In this document: positions 28,806-38,736 of the stretch, one piece after another
Numbering within the stretch: position 1 is the stretch's first letter
Layout: each line of letters starts with the position of its first letter
DNA from: Lachnospiraceae bacterium
Lineage (GTDB): Bacteria; Bacillota; Clostridia; Lachnospirales; Lachnospiraceae
Reading direction: 5' to 3'
Length of the DNA: 39,694 nt
NCBI GenBank assembly: GCA_022790905.1
Contig: JAAVYC010000033.1
Coordinates: 1-39,694 of the forward strand
Notes under the pieces: model-generated
Database searches by the model: none
The model's input: the letters and a program-made list of their open reading frames with translations, nothing else
Told to the model about the DNA's origin: nothing
Translations under genes and position numbers: made by a program

Positions 28806-29693
28806 CTATTTTACCATTTTTTCCTCATTCTGACAAGCCTGCTGCGCTTCTTCTTCTGAGAGTTTCGTCACCTTTACCTTCCCGATCATCTTGTTATTCA
28901 CAGACAAAATATCAAACCGACATCCGTTTCCCGTCACAGAAATCGTCTCGCCTTCCGTTGGAATTTTACCGATCAAAAAGATCAAATACCCATTTAAGGT
29001 TTCATAGTCCTCCATTTCAAACGGAATATGCAGCGTCTCCTCCACCTCTTCTAACGGAGTGAGCCCCTGCATAAGATAGGCATTTTCTCCAATTTGATCT
29101 ACCGTATGTTCCTCTTCATCGTGCTCATCTAAGATATTTCCGACAATCTCCTCTAAAATATCTTCTAACGCCACAATTCCCGCCGTCTGCCCGTACTCGT
29201 CCACCACAATAACAATATGGTTTTTCTTATACTGCATCTCTTTAAAAAGCGAATTGATATTTTTTGTCTCGGGGATAAAGTCCACTTCAAAAACCAGATC
29301 CGCAATGTCTCTGATTGGTATCTTTTGGACAGATGGATCTTTCGCATACATTAGAACTTCTCTGATATGTATCACACCGACAATATTGTCAATATCATTC
29401 TCATAGACTGGAAATCTAGAATGATTCTGCTCGATGATAAAATTCATCGCCTCCTCAAAAGAAGTATTCCCGTCAATCGCCACGATATTTTTTCGATGTG
29501 TCATAATATCTTTTGCTTCCTTATCCCCGAATTCAAAGATATTGTGAATCATCATGGCTTCACTTTCTAACAGTGCTCCCTGTTCATGCACCTCATCCAC
29601 CATGGATATGATCTCTTTTTCCATCTGTTCATCGTTTGCTTTCTTTTTAGAAAATATTCTTAAAAAGGGGTGCCTACCCTCGCCATCATCCAT
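28806..29693 (-). CDS. HlyC/CorC-family CBS-pair + CorC protein (no DUF21 membrane domain)
   Basis: MIHNIFEFGDKEAKDIMTHR, HSRFPVY, VVDEYGQTAGIVALEDILEEIVGNILDEHD, DYETLNG. Confidence 0.88.
   Translation of the reverse strand: MDDGEGRHPFLRIFSKKKANDEQMEKEIISMVDEVHEQGALLESEAMMIHNIFEFGDKEAKDIMTHRKNIVAIDGNTSFEEAMNFIIEQNHSRFPVYENDIDNIVGVIHIREVLMYAKDPSVQKIPIRDIADLVFEVDFIPETKNINSLFKEMQYKKNHIVIVVDEYGQTAGIVALEDILEEIVGNILDEHDEEEHTVDQIGENAYLMQGLTPLEEVEETLHIPFEMEDYETLNGYLIFLIGKIPTEGETISVTGNGCRFDILSVNNKMIGKVKVTKLSEEEAQQACQNEEKMVK
28808..28836 (-). promoter_or_regulatory. sigmaA promoter of yebC, inside the corC 3' end
   Basis: TTGTCA-N17-TAAAAT with TG extension. Confidence 0.6.
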
Positions 29694-29762
29694 ATCTTAT
29701 CTCCTTCTTCTCCTCTGTAACCGTTTTTTCCATTGTAATTTCTGTCAAAATTCTATACAAAA

Positions 29763-29791
29763 ATCCTATCATTTCTCCACTTATTAGTCAA
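29763..29791 (-). promoter_or_regulatory. sigmaA promoter of the corC-like gene
   Basis: TTGACT-N17-TAGGAT with TG extension. Confidence 0.6.
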
Positions 29792-29793
29792 GA

Positions 29794-30141
29794 TTATGTA
29801 CGAAGTTCCAGACTAATGAGCAGAGCACGCTCCACTTTTTGCAAAATCTCACGGTCCAGATGACACACTTTATCTTTCAATCTCTTTTTATCAATGGTCC
29901 TTAACTGTTCCAGCAAAACGACGGAATCCTTTACCAACGCATATTTCCTCGAATCCAGTTCCACATGTGTGGGTAATTTTGCCTTATTCATCTGACTCGT
30001 AATCGCCGCACAGATGACAGTTGGGCTATGCTTATTCCCAATATCATTCTGAATAATCAGTACCGGTCTGATGCCTCCCTGCTCGGAACCCACCACCGGC
30101 CTTAAATCTGCATAATAAATATCTCCTCTATGAATTACCAT
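29794..30141 (-). CDS. ndoA: PemK/MazF-family endoribonuclease toxin (NdoA/EndoA)
   Basis: [45 protein letters not shown]...KAKLPTHV...[26 protein letters not shown]. Confidence 0.93.
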   Translation of the reverse strand: MVIHRGDIYYADLRPVVGSEQGGIRPVLIIQNDIGNKHSPTVICAAITSQMNKAKLPTHVELDSRKYALVKDSVVLLEQLRTIDKKRLKDKVCHLDREILQKVERALLISLELRT

Positions 30142-30193
30142 ACTTTCACTCCAAAATTTAGATTCAGCCTAGCAGTCTCACCAAGCTATAGTA

Positions 30194-30222
30194 AGTATTT
30201 CCCAAATTTTTCGAGTGTAAAC
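30194..30222 (-). promoter_or_regulatory. sigF-type (alternatively sigB-type) promoter upstream of ndoA
   Basis: GTTTA-N15-GGAAATACT matches GYWTA-N15-GGnnAnAnT; also reads GTTTA-N14-GGGAAA. Confidence 0.55.
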
Positions 30223-30233
30223 ATTCACAAACC

Positions 30234-31412
30234 TTATTCATCAAAATTGTCCCTTGTATCGACGATCTCTCCATTCCTGCAAAAAACTCTAGGAATTCTC
30301 TTTCCTAAGTCGCAGGCAAATTCATAATTAAATCTTCCCGATAATTCTGCGAGTGTTTCCATACTTAAATGTTCCTCCCCATCCCATCCAAGCAGTGTCG
30401 CAAAGTCTCCCTCTTCTACTCCAGAAATCTCTGTGACATCTACCATAAACTGGTCCATGCAGACACGACCACAGATCGGTGCTTTTTTTCCACGAATCAA
30501 AACATATCCACAATTAGAAAGACTTCTCGGGTAACCGTCCCCATATCCCACAGGAATTGTTGCTATTTTCTGAGGGGATCTAACCTCATAAGTACCGCCA
30601 TAGCCAATCGTCCTGCCCGGCATCAGTGTCTTAATGCAGATAATTTTGGACTTCAATTCCAGTATCGGCTTTAAGGGCAGGCGCTCTTTTTTCACTTCAT
30701 CGGAAGGTAACAATCCATATAGAATGATTCCCGCCCGCACCGCATCCATATTGGCCTGCGGCAAATCTATGATTCCGGCACTGTTAGAACAATGCTTTAA
30801 CGGAATCTCAAGGCCACGCTTTTTCAACATCGAGATCATCTTTTGATAGAGCGCAATCTGTCCTTTGACATGTGTCTTATCAAGCTCATCTGCTTTTGCA
30901 AAATGTGTAAAGATTCCTTCCATCACAAGATTGGAGAGCCCCTCCATTTTTTCGATCTCATCGGCGCTCTCTTCCGTGACCTGGTAACCGATACGGCTCA
31001 TCCCCGTATCAATTTTAATATGTATTTTTATTTCTTTTCCGAATTTTCTTCCTATTTCGGACAATGCCTGTGCCGAAGAAAAAGAAAAAACCGTCGGCTG
31101 TAAGTCCCATAAAGCGATCTCCTCAAATTCCGACTCAAAACTGTGCCCCAAAATCAAAATGGGATTTTTTATCCCATGTCGCCTCAAAACGATTCCCTCT
31201 TGTGCAGTCGCAACGGCGAACCCCCAAAGATATGGAAGAGGCGCAATGGTTTTCGCAATTGGCACAGCACCATGTCCATACCCGTCTGCTTTGATCACTG
31301 CGATCACTTTTGTATCTTTATCTATTACTTTATGAATCTGCTCTAAATTTTTTACGAGTGCATCCAGATTGATTTTCGCATAGATGCGCTGGTAATCCTT
31401 TTCCGATCTCAT
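30234..31412 (-). CDS. alr: Alanine racemase
   Basis: AVIKADGYGHGA, HIKIDTGMSRIG, PVGYGDGYPR, GRVCMDQ. Confidence 0.96.
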   Translation of the reverse strand: MRSEKDYQRIYAKINLDALVKNLEQIHKVIDKDTKVIAVIKADGYGHGAVPIAKTIAPLPYLWGFAVATAQEGIVLRRHGIKNPILILGHSFESEFEEIALWDLQPTVFSFSSAQALSEIGRKFGKEIKIHIKIDTGMSRIGYQVTEESADEIEKMEGLSNLVMEGIFTHFAKADELDKTHVKGQIALYQKMISMLKKRGLEIPLKHCSNSAGIIDLPQANMDAVRAGIILYGLLPSDEVKKERLPLKPILELKSKIICIKTLMPGRTIGYGGTYEVRSPQKIATIPVGYGDGYPRSLSNCGYVLIRGKKAPICGRVCMDQFMVDVTEISGVEEGDFATLLGWDGEEHLSMETLAELSGRFNYEFACDLGKRIPRVFCRNGEIVDTRDNFDE

Positions 31413-32902
31413 TTTGTTACCTCTTTGATTCCCTCCAAAATATCTCCTGCCATCAGACTGTAATACCCTGTCTTTTTCACCATGACATCTCCCGCGTAGC
31501 CGTGCAGATAGACTCCCATGGCAGCCGCCCGCTCTGCGGACAGACCTCCTGCCATTAGCCCTCCGATCAAGCCGCTCAATACATCTCCACTTCCTGCCGT
31601 TGCCATCCCATGATTCCCTGAAAGATTCACATAAGTCTTTCCATAAGGAATACTCGTAATCGTACGCACATCTTTTTGCACACAGATGACATGATATTCT
31701 GCTGCAAATTTTTGCGCCGTCTCAAGCAGATTTTTTTTGATATCTTCGACAGATTTCCCCACGAGTCTAGACATTTCGCCTAGATGAGGTGTTAAAATCA
31801 AATCCGTATGCACTCTTTTTAAAAGCTCCGTCTCTCTTGCCAGTAAATTGAGCGCATCCGCATCTAGAACCATTGGCACACGCGCTTCCATTAACGTTGC
31901 TTCTAACATCAATTGTGCCGTCTTAGAAGTACCGAGTCCCGGTCCCATCACCACGACATCCGCCCAGTGCACCGCCTCGATCAACGTCTCCTTTTCTACT
32001 TCTTTTTCATCGTAAGTAATCAATATTGCTTCCGGCACTTTCTCATTTAACATAGTCCGGTTCTTTTCATGCGTCAATATCTTTACAAGACCACACCCCG
32101 CTAAATAAGCAGCCTTTGCCGAAAAGTAAGCGGCACCTGCCATTTCTTTACTTCCGGCGATGACCAGCACCTTCCCATATGTTCCTTTATTGGAATCGGA
32201 TCTTCGCTCTGGCAACAATTTTACAATATCTTTTTTCTCTAAAGCCAAAACCTGAGGCTCCTTTTCCAAAAAGCTTTCTTTTGTGATCCCAATCTCACTC
32301 ACAATCACTTTCCCTGCGGCTTTTGCTCCCGGATATAGACAGATTCCTAATTTATTATATGCAAAAGTCACCGTATAGTCCGCATAAAAACAACATCCCA
32401 TAACAGCCCCGCTATCGGCATGGATACCAGATGGGATATCTACGGCCAGCTTTTTTGCCTCTATCGCATTCATTTTCTCAATCGCCTCTTCGTATTTTCC
32501 TTCCACATCCCTTGAAAGTCCAATACCAAACAATGCGTCAATCACAAGAGTTTGTTCGCCGCATTCTTTTATCTCTCCCTCTCTTACTTCGATCCCATAC
32601 GCATTTAAGATCTCATACTGCTTTTTTGTCTCCTCACTACATTTCTCATAGTTTCCGATCAAATATACCGTAACTTTCCTACCCATGAGATATAACATCC
32701 TAGCGACTGCCATCCCGTCACCACCATTATTTCCCGTTCCACACACAATCAATGTCTTGGTATCATCGATGCCTTCTTTTTCTATCGTCTCTATCACTCT
32801 TAGTGCGGCACGTTCCATCAACACCAACGACGGCACAGAAAATACAGTGATGGTATTTTGATCCGCCTGTTTCATTTCCTTCGCATTTAAAAGATATTGC
32901 AT
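31409..32902 (-). CDS. nnr: Bifunctional NAD(P)H-hydrate epimerase/dehydratase (NnrE-NnrD, YjeF)
   Basis: LMERAA, CGTGNNGGDG, IDALFGIG, AVDIPSG; KGTYG..LVIAGS, GPGLG, VLDADAL, LTPHLGE, MATAGSGDVLSG. Confidence 0.93.
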   Translation of the reverse strand: MQYLLNAKEMKQADQNTITVFSVPSLVLMERAALRVIETIEKEGIDDTKTLIVCGTGNNGGDGMAVARMLYLMGRKVTVYLIGNYEKCSEETKKQYEILNAYGIEVREGEIKECGEQTLVIDALFGIGLSRDVEGKYEEAIEKMNAIEAKKLAVDIPSGIHADSGAVMGCCFYADYTVTFAYNKLGICLYPGAKAAGKVIVSEIGITKESFLEKEPQVLALEKKDIVKLLPERRSDSNKGTYGKVLVIAGSKEMAGAAYFSAKAAYLAGCGLVKILTHEKNRTMLNEKVPEAILITYDEKEVEKETLIEAVHWADVVVMGPGLGTSKTAQLMLEATLMEARVPMVLDADALNLLARETELLKRVHTDLILTPHLGEMSRLVGKSVEDIKKNLLETAQKFAAEYHVICVQKDVRTITSIPYGKTYVNLSGNHGMATAGSGDVLSGLIGGLMAGGLSAERAAAMGVYLHGYAGDVMVKKTGYYSLMAGDILEGIKEVTK

Positions 32903-33004
32903 CCTCTGTTCTCTCTTTCTATCTTTTTATAAACTCTCACATTTTAATGTAACAAGTTTTTTTCCTCCTTGGGGAAATCTAGAGGAATTTTCTATAGAAG
33001 CACA

Positions 33005-33041
33005 AGGGGATGTTGCAACCTGCCATTTTGCAACACCCCCT
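33005..33041. terminator. Palindromic stem-loop after the rex-hypothetical pair (probable terminator)
   Basis: AGGGGaTGTTGCAA-9nt-TTGCAACAcCCCCT; weak U tail. Confidence 0.55.
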
Positions 33042-33055
33042 CATTTATTCTCATC

Positions 33056-33685
33056 CTATTCACTTTCTTTTTCTTCCTGCGCTTCTTCCTCCTGCGTCAG
33101 GTCAAACACATCTACAATCTGTGGTCCAAAAATGTCATGCATATAGGCATACATTTCTCTGCTGTTGATCTCTCGATTCTGCTTTTTGATGATATTCTTT
33201 TTCAATTCAACGCGAACTTGTTTGATCCATACGTCAATCTCCTGAACCTCTTCCGTATTAGAACGCATTTTTTCATAGCAAAAACTCATACTTGCGATCA
33301 TTAATCGCTCATTTGCCTCTTTGATCAATTTAGGAAGTTCTAAAAGCTCATCCTCACACGCCTCTATCTTCTCATTAACCTCATTGATCAGGCGTTTATT
33401 ATCATCCATCGTCTTCTCTGCAACCGGATCGTGGTATTCTTCGCTCTTTCCTTCCATATTTGCGACAATTCCTTCCATCAAGTTGCTCTTAATTCGCTTT
33501 AAATCCTTAATATCTTGGTTCGCCTGTCCCTGTCTTTTCAGAAAATTATTTAATTCCTCTTCGATCTCTTTAATCTCTTCATTTTTCCCGTGGATGGCAA
33601 ATAAGCGGTGCCATTTCTGATCCAAAACCAGAATCGGTACTTTTTTATCACTCAATGCTCCGCGAAAGTACTCCAGATCCCTCAT
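33056..33685 (-). CDS. Hypothetical coiled-coil protein
   Basis: 209-aa ORF with SD GGAGG, 15 nt downstream of rex; charged heptad-like helices and no recognised motif. Confidence 0.8.
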   Translation of the reverse strand: MRDLEYFRGALSDKKVPILVLDQKWHRLFAIHGKNEEIKEIEEELNNFLKRQGQANQDIKDLKRIKSNLMEGIVANMEGKSEEYHDPVAEKTMDDNKRLINEVNEKIEACEDELLELPKLIKEANERLMIASMSFCYEKMRSNTEEVQEIDVWIKQVRVELKKNIIKKQNREINSREMYAYMHDIFGPQIVDVFDLTQEEEAQEEKESE

Positions 33686-33700
33686 GTAGATACCTCCGAC

Positions 33701-34345
33701 TTACTTCTTCTTTATGGTCTGATTTTTTACAATATTATAGGAAAGCTGCATCAGACTGTCAGACAGATGCACATTTTCCACTACAACATTTTCGTCTTTT
33801 AATTCTAAGTCCACATGGGCAAAATTCCAAATCGCATGAACCCCCATATCCACTAACTTCCTAGCTATAGAGTCCGCCTTCTCTTTCGGCATTGTGAGCG
33901 CTGCAATATCCACCTCATGCTCCTCTAAAAAATCGTCCATCTCATCTAACATACGAATCTCAATTCCGCGAACATTTCTCCCTTTTAAGAGAGGATTCAC
34001 ATCAAAAAGCCCGATGATCACGAAACCAAGCTTTTCAAACTTTACATAATTTGCAAGTGCCTGACCTAGATTTCCAGCACCTACTACAATAATATTGTGC
34101 CGCTGGTTTAAACCCAAAATTTTTCCTATTTCTTCATATAAAAATTTTACGTTATAGCCATATCCCTGTTGCCCAAAACCGCCAAAATTGTTTAAATCCT
34201 GACGTATCTGGGAAGCCGTTACATTCATCCTGCTGCTGAGCTCGTTCGACGAGATACGCTCAACCCCTTCATCCAACAAATCTCCCAGATATCTATAATA
34301 GCGCGGCATCCTGCGGATTACTGCCTGTGAAATCTCCTTTTCCAC
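33701..34345 (-). CDS. rex: Redox-sensing transcriptional repressor Rex
   Basis: IRRMPRYYRYL, SQIRQDLNNFGGFGQQGYGY, VGAGNLGQAL, AIWNFA. GTG start after AGGAGG. Confidence 0.96.
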   Translation of the reverse strand: MEKEISQAVIRRMPRYYRYLGDLLDEGVERISSNELSSRMNVTASQIRQDLNNFGGFGQQGYGYNVKFLYEEIGKILGLNQRHNIIVVGAGNLGQALANYVKFEKLGFVIIGLFDVNPLLKGRNVRGIEIRMLDEMDDFLEEHEVDIAALTMPKEKADSIARKLVDMGVHAIWNFAHVDLELKDENVVVENVHLSDSLMQLSYNIVKNQTIKKK

Positions 34346-34376
34346 CTTAACTTCCTCCTAACGCCAACTACCATAT

Positions 34377-34405
34377 ATTATAATCATTTTCAATTGGGCT
34401 GTCAA
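34377..34405 (-). promoter_or_regulatory. Consensus sigmaA promoter of rex
   Basis: TTGACA-N17-TATAAT, perfect match. Confidence 0.8.
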
Positions 34406-34417
34406 TGTGTCAAAAAT

Positions 34418-36328
34418 TTAACTATTTTCCGACAAGGCTTCCCATCTTTCGTACAAAACTTCCAATCTTTCACTACAAACCGCTCTCTCCTGACCAAGTT
34501 CGTTCAATTTTGCCGAATTTGTTGCCACTGCCACATCCTGACACATCAGATCAATTTCGGCAATTTTCTGTTCCTGCTTCTCTATCTCATCTTCTACATT
34601 TTTTAGTTCACTGGCAAGTTTTCGCCGTCTCGCCTGTTCCTGCTTCTGCTGCTGCCAATCCAGTTTGTTTTCACTTTCTTCTTGGACAACCACTTCTCTC
34701 TCTGTTAAGACCTGATTTTTTATCTCCTCTTTCTTTTCCAGATAATAGTCGTAATCGCCAAGATAATTTGTCAGCATGTGATTCGATAAGTCCAGGATGC
34801 GATGCGCGGTCTTGTTAATAAAATAACGGTCATGGGACACGAAAAATACCGTTCCGGTATAATGATTAAGCGCAGATTCTAGGATCTCTTTAGAAACGAT
34901 ATCCAAGTGATTCGTCGGTTCATCCAGAATCAAAAAATTCGCTTTGCCGAGCATCAATTTTGCTAACGAGACTCGTCCTCTCTCCCCTCCACTCAAATCG
35001 CCAACCCGCTTAAAAACATCCTCATCCGTAAAAAGAAATGCTGCAAGCGTGTTGCGCACCTGCGTATTGGTGAGATTTGGATAGGCATCGCTGATTTCTT
35101 CGAATAGATTTTTTTCCATATGAAGGATCTGCTGCTCCTGATCGTAATAGCCAATATGGACATTCGCACCTAACGTAACCGTTCCGGCATCCTGCGCAAC
35201 CATTTCATTCAAGATCTTTAACATCGTCGTCTTGCCGGTTCCATTATTCCCAATCAAAGCGACATGCTCTCCTCTTTTTATTTCAAAATCAATATCTTCA
35301 AAAAGATGATTGCTTCCATAAGATTTTGCGAGTCCCTCAACTTGCAAGACATCGTTTCCGCTTCGGATATTTGGCTTTAAGGAAATCTTGATATCGGTCT
35401 GTTCCTCTTCTGGTCTCTCTATACGCTCTATTTTATTCAAAAGCTTTTCACGACTCTCCGCCCGCCTGATTGATTTTTCACGGTTAAATGACTTTAATTT
35501 GGCAATTACCTCTTCCTGATGTTTGATCTCCCGCTGCTGATTATAGTAGGCTTTCATCTGTGCCTCTCGCAGCTTTTCTTTTTTTACAGCATATTCTGAA
35601 TAATTTCCTTCATATATTTGCACTTGATGCATTGAAACTTCGATGACTTTTGAGACAACACGGTTCAAAAAATATCGATCATGCGATACGATGGCGACTG
35701 CCCCTTTATAATTCATCAAAAAATTTTCCAACCATGCGATTGAATTCAGATCCAGATGATTGGTCGGCTCGTCCAATAAAATAATATCCGGCTTTGTCAC
35801 AAGCAATTTTCCAAGCGCTACTCTAGTCTTTTGCCCTCCGGAAAGTTGATCGATCTTCTTACTATAATCCTCCGCGGCAAACCCCAAACCATTTAAGACT
35901 CCATAGACTTCACTTTTATAGCTGTATCCGCCCTCTAATTCGAATTGATGGTTCAGTCTGTTATAATTTTCTAATAATTTTTCTAACGCATCTCCTTCTA
36001 GAGTATGCATTTCTTCTTCCATACTGCGCAATCTTTTTTCCAAGGTAATGACATCATTTTTCACCGAGAGAAGCTCTTGCTCTATGCTTCTCTCTCCTGC
36101 GATCTCCTGATGCTGTGCCAGATATCCGATCGTTTTCCCTTTTGCGAGAATTACCTCGCCTGTATCGGCCGACAATTCTCCCATAATTATTTTCAAAAGC
36201 GTAGATTTTCCAGCCCCGTTAATTCCCACGATAGCGGTTTTCTCATTTTCTTCGATGTGAAAAGAGGCACCTTTTAATATTTCCTCCGTCCCAAAAGATT
36301 TGCTGACATTTTGAACAGATAGTATCAT
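34418..36328 (-). CDS. ABC-F family ATPase (YdiF-like)
   Basis: Two ABC cassettes (GINGAGKST/LSGGQ/LLDEPTNHLD; GNNGTGKTT/LSGGE/ILDEPTNHLD), no TM, C-terminal coiled coil. Upstream of rex, like B. subtilis ydiF. Confidence 0.92.
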   Translation of the reverse strand: MILSVQNVSKSFGTEEILKGASFHIEENEKTAIVGINGAGKSTLLKIIMGELSADTGEVILAKGKTIGYLAQHQEIAGERSIEQELLSVKNDVITLEKRLRSMEEEMHTLEGDALEKLLENYNRLNHQFELEGGYSYKSEVYGVLNGLGFAAEDYSKKIDQLSGGQKTRVALGKLLVTKPDIILLDEPTNHLDLNSIAWLENFLMNYKGAVAIVSHDRYFLNRVVSKVIEVSMHQVQIYEGNYSEYAVKKEKLREAQMKAYYNQQREIKHQEEVIAKLKSFNREKSIRRAESREKLLNKIERIERPEEEQTDIKISLKPNIRSGNDVLQVEGLAKSYGSNHLFEDIDFEIKRGEHVALIGNNGTGKTTMLKILNEMVAQDAGTVTLGANVHIGYYDQEQQILHMEKNLFEEISDAYPNLTNTQVRNTLAAFLFTDEDVFKRVGDLSGGERGRVSLAKLMLGKANFLILDEPTNHLDIVSKEILESALNHYTGTVFFVSHDRYFINKTAHRILDLSNHMLTNYLGDYDYYLEKKEEIKNQVLTEREVVVQEESENKLDWQQQKQEQARRRKLASELKNVEDEIEKQEQKIAEIDLMCQDVAVATNSAKLNELGQERAVCSERLEVLYERWEALSENS

Positions 36329-36333
36329 TTCTA

Positions 36334-37539
36334 TTACATTTTCTCCAGTGTTGCTCTAATCTCTTTAATAAAATTCTGACTGTTGAGTACGGTAACATCT
36401 TTTAAGGAGGTAATCAACGCCAAATCCTTTGTCATTTTTCCTGACTCAATCGTCTGAATGCAAGCTTTTTCTAACCGGTCCGCAAATTCTGACAAATTTT
36501 TGTTTTGATCTAGCTCCCCGCGTTTTCTAAGAGCTCCCGTCCATGCAAAAATCGTCGCCACTGAATTCGTGGAAGTTTCCTCGCCCTTTAAATGTTTGTA
36601 ATAATGGCGCTGCACAGTTCCATGTGCCGCTTCATACTCATAATAGCCGTCTGGTGATACCAGCACGGAAGTCATCATTGCAAGAGATCCAAAGGCCGAA
36701 GATACCATATCGCTCATAACGTCTCCGTCATAATTTTTACAAGCCCAGATATAACCGCCCTCTGACTTCATGACACGCGCTACGGCATCATCAATCAATG
36801 TATAAAAATATTCGATACCGGCCGCATCAAATTTTTCTTTATATTCTGCATCAAAGATTTCCTGGAAAATATCTTTAAACGTATGGTCATATTTTTTGGA
36901 AATCGTATCTTTTGTCGCAAACCAGAGATCCTGCTTTTGATCTAGTGCATAGTTAAAACAGCTTTTTGCAAAGCTCTCAATAGATGTGTCTAGATTGTGC
37001 TGTCCCTGTACAATTCCGGCTCCCGCAAATTGTTGGATCAGTTCTCTTTGCTCTGTCCCGTCTTCTGCCGTATAAACCAATTCACATGTTCCGGCTCCCG
37101 GGATCTTCATTTCCACGCCTTTATACACATCTCCATATGCATGTCTCGCGATCGTAATTGGTTTTTTCCAGTTGCGTACACATGGCTCAATCCCCTTGAC
37201 CACAATCGGGGTGCGAAAAACCGTGCCATCTAATATTGCGCGAATTGTTCCGTTCGGACTCCTCCACATCTCTTTTAAATCATACTCTTTCATGCGAGCC
37301 GCGTTCGGAGTGATCGTTGCGCATTTTACGGCAACTCCATATTTTTTTGTCGCCTGGGCAGACTCTACTGTCACCTGATCGTCTGTCGCATTGCGATGCT
37401 CTAATCCCAAGTCATAATACTCTGTCTTTAAATCAATAAATGGCAAAAGCAATTCTTCTTTGATGATCTGCCATAAAATCCTTGTCATCTCATCCCCGTC
37501 CATCTCAACTAACGGTGTATTCATTTTAATTTTTTCCAT
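36334..37539 (-). CDS. icd: NADP-dependent isocitrate dehydrogenase (eukaryote-like subfamily)
   Basis: [47 protein letters not shown]. Start set at MEKIK after GGAGG. Confidence 0.94.
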   Translation of the reverse strand: MEKIKMNTPLVEMDGDEMTRILWQIIKEELLLPFIDLKTEYYDLGLEHRNATDDQVTVESAQATKKYGVAVKCATITPNAARMKEYDLKEMWRSPNGTIRAILDGTVFRTPIVVKGIEPCVRNWKKPITIARHAYGDVYKGVEMKIPGAGTCELVYTAEDGTEQRELIQQFAGAGIVQGQHNLDTSIESFAKSCFNYALDQKQDLWFATKDTISKKYDHTFKDIFQEIFDAEYKEKFDAAGIEYFYTLIDDAVARVMKSEGGYIWACKNYDGDVMSDMVSSAFGSLAMMTSVLVSPDGYYEYEAAHGTVQRHYYKHLKGEETSTNSVATIFAWTGALRKRGELDQNKNLSEFADRLEKACIQTIESGKMTKDLALITSLKDVTVLNSQNFIKEIRATLEKM

Positions 37540-37573
37540 TGGTCTAACCTCCATGTTGTTTATATATCTCTAT

Positions 37574-38614
37574 CTAAATTTCAAAAGAAAGATTCATTGC
37601 ATATGGATTCTTTTCGCGCTTGACTACCACTTGATGGCTCACCCAACGCAACATATGAACGGTTACCCGATATATTTTTTCAAAATTCTCCCGATCCATA
37701 ATACGATATTGTACTTTTCCATTTTCGTCTTTACTTCCATCTAAATTACAGCGAAACAACAGAATCATATTTTTTTCTTTTTTTGCAAGTGTCACAGAGA
37801 CCTGATACATCAAAAACTGTGTGTGTACAAGTTCTAATAGCGTGTGCAGCGCATACGCCATACTAGGAGTCAGTTTTTTTGGAATTCCCTCTTCCACTCG
37901 ATTGTCGATTTTCAAAAAGGACTTTACTTGCGGATTGTGGAACTTTTCCAAAAGCTCCCTCTCTATCAGACCCCAATCCCGTGTTCCAAAAAAATAATAT
38001 TTTATAAAATTTTCATAGGACTCTTTTATATAACCTTGTAATTCCGCTAATACCTTCTCTGTCAAATCACCTTTTTTAGAACTCAGGTTGTTGTCCACAA
38101 ACCTCATCACCATATCCATAATGATTCCATATTCCGCCTTCTTTTGTGCTACTTCATTTTTTATCTTTTTGTGACTCTGATAGGTCTGTTCCGACTCCTG
38201 CTGCCTCTCTTCTTTTTCCTGTACTCCTTCTTTGCGCAACTCTTCCATCCGAATCGCTTCCTCGATCGGTATTAAAATATCTCCGGCTACTTTACACGGT
38301 TTTAGAATTAATTTGGACGCCCTAGATCGATTGATGGCTTCTAACGTACTGCTGATATCCTCTGCCGGTGAAAGTGCTATTGGGATCGTCCCTGGAGAAA
38401 TCTGCCTGGCAAAACAAAATAGCTCTTCCCCGCTCATAATCGGAAATTCCAATTCGCAGATAATCACGTCAATCTTTTGTTTATTCAATATATCAAGCGC
38501 TATTTCCGGGGTTGATGCATAGAGGAAAGAATACTCTTTTGGTACAACTCCCAATATTTTCTGGATACTTTTTATATGTCTCTCTTCAGAATCAACAATT
38601 AGTATTTGATACAT
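37574..38614 (-). CDS. Atypical receiver-domain protein with coiled coil and unrecognised C-terminal domain
   Basis: MYQILIVDSE...IDVIICELEFPIMSG...IALS...LILKP CheY-like fold with Glu at the phospho-Asp position. SD AGGGGGAG. Confidence 0.78.
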   Translation of the reverse strand: MYQILIVDSEERHIKSIQKILGVVPKEYSFLYASTPEIALDILNKQKIDVIICELEFPIMSGEELFCFARQISPGTIPIALSPAEDISSTLEAINRSRASKLILKPCKVAGDILIPIEEAIRMEELRKEGVQEKEERQQESEQTYQSHKKIKNEVAQKKAEYGIIMDMVMRFVDNNLSSKKGDLTEKVLAELQGYIKESYENFIKYYFFGTRDWGLIERELLEKFHNPQVKSFLKIDNRVEEGIPKKLTPSMAYALHTLLELVHTQFLMYQVSVTLAKKEKNMILLFRCNLDGSKDENGKVQYRIMDRENFEKIYRVTVHMLRWVSHQVVVKREKNPYAMNLSFEI

Positions 38615-38677
38615 ATCATCTCCCCCTACATTCTATATTATTTTCTCTAAATAAGCATAGCTTTCTTGCTGACGCTC

Positions 38678-38688
38678 ATTATAGCACA
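38678..38688 (-). promoter_or_regulatory. Extended -10 sigmaA promoter for the receiver-icd-ABC-F unit
   Basis: TGTGcTATAAT on the minus strand. Confidence 0.6.
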
Positions 38689-38736
38689 CTTCTTTAACTC
38701 TGTCTCTGATTTTAAAAAATAACTTTTGAGACTGTA

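Noticed and set aside
30213-30230. Rex-like box gaGTGtAaacaTTCACAA upstream of ndoA
   Set aside because: Only one good half-site (11 of 14 positions) in AT-rich DNA; not enough support.
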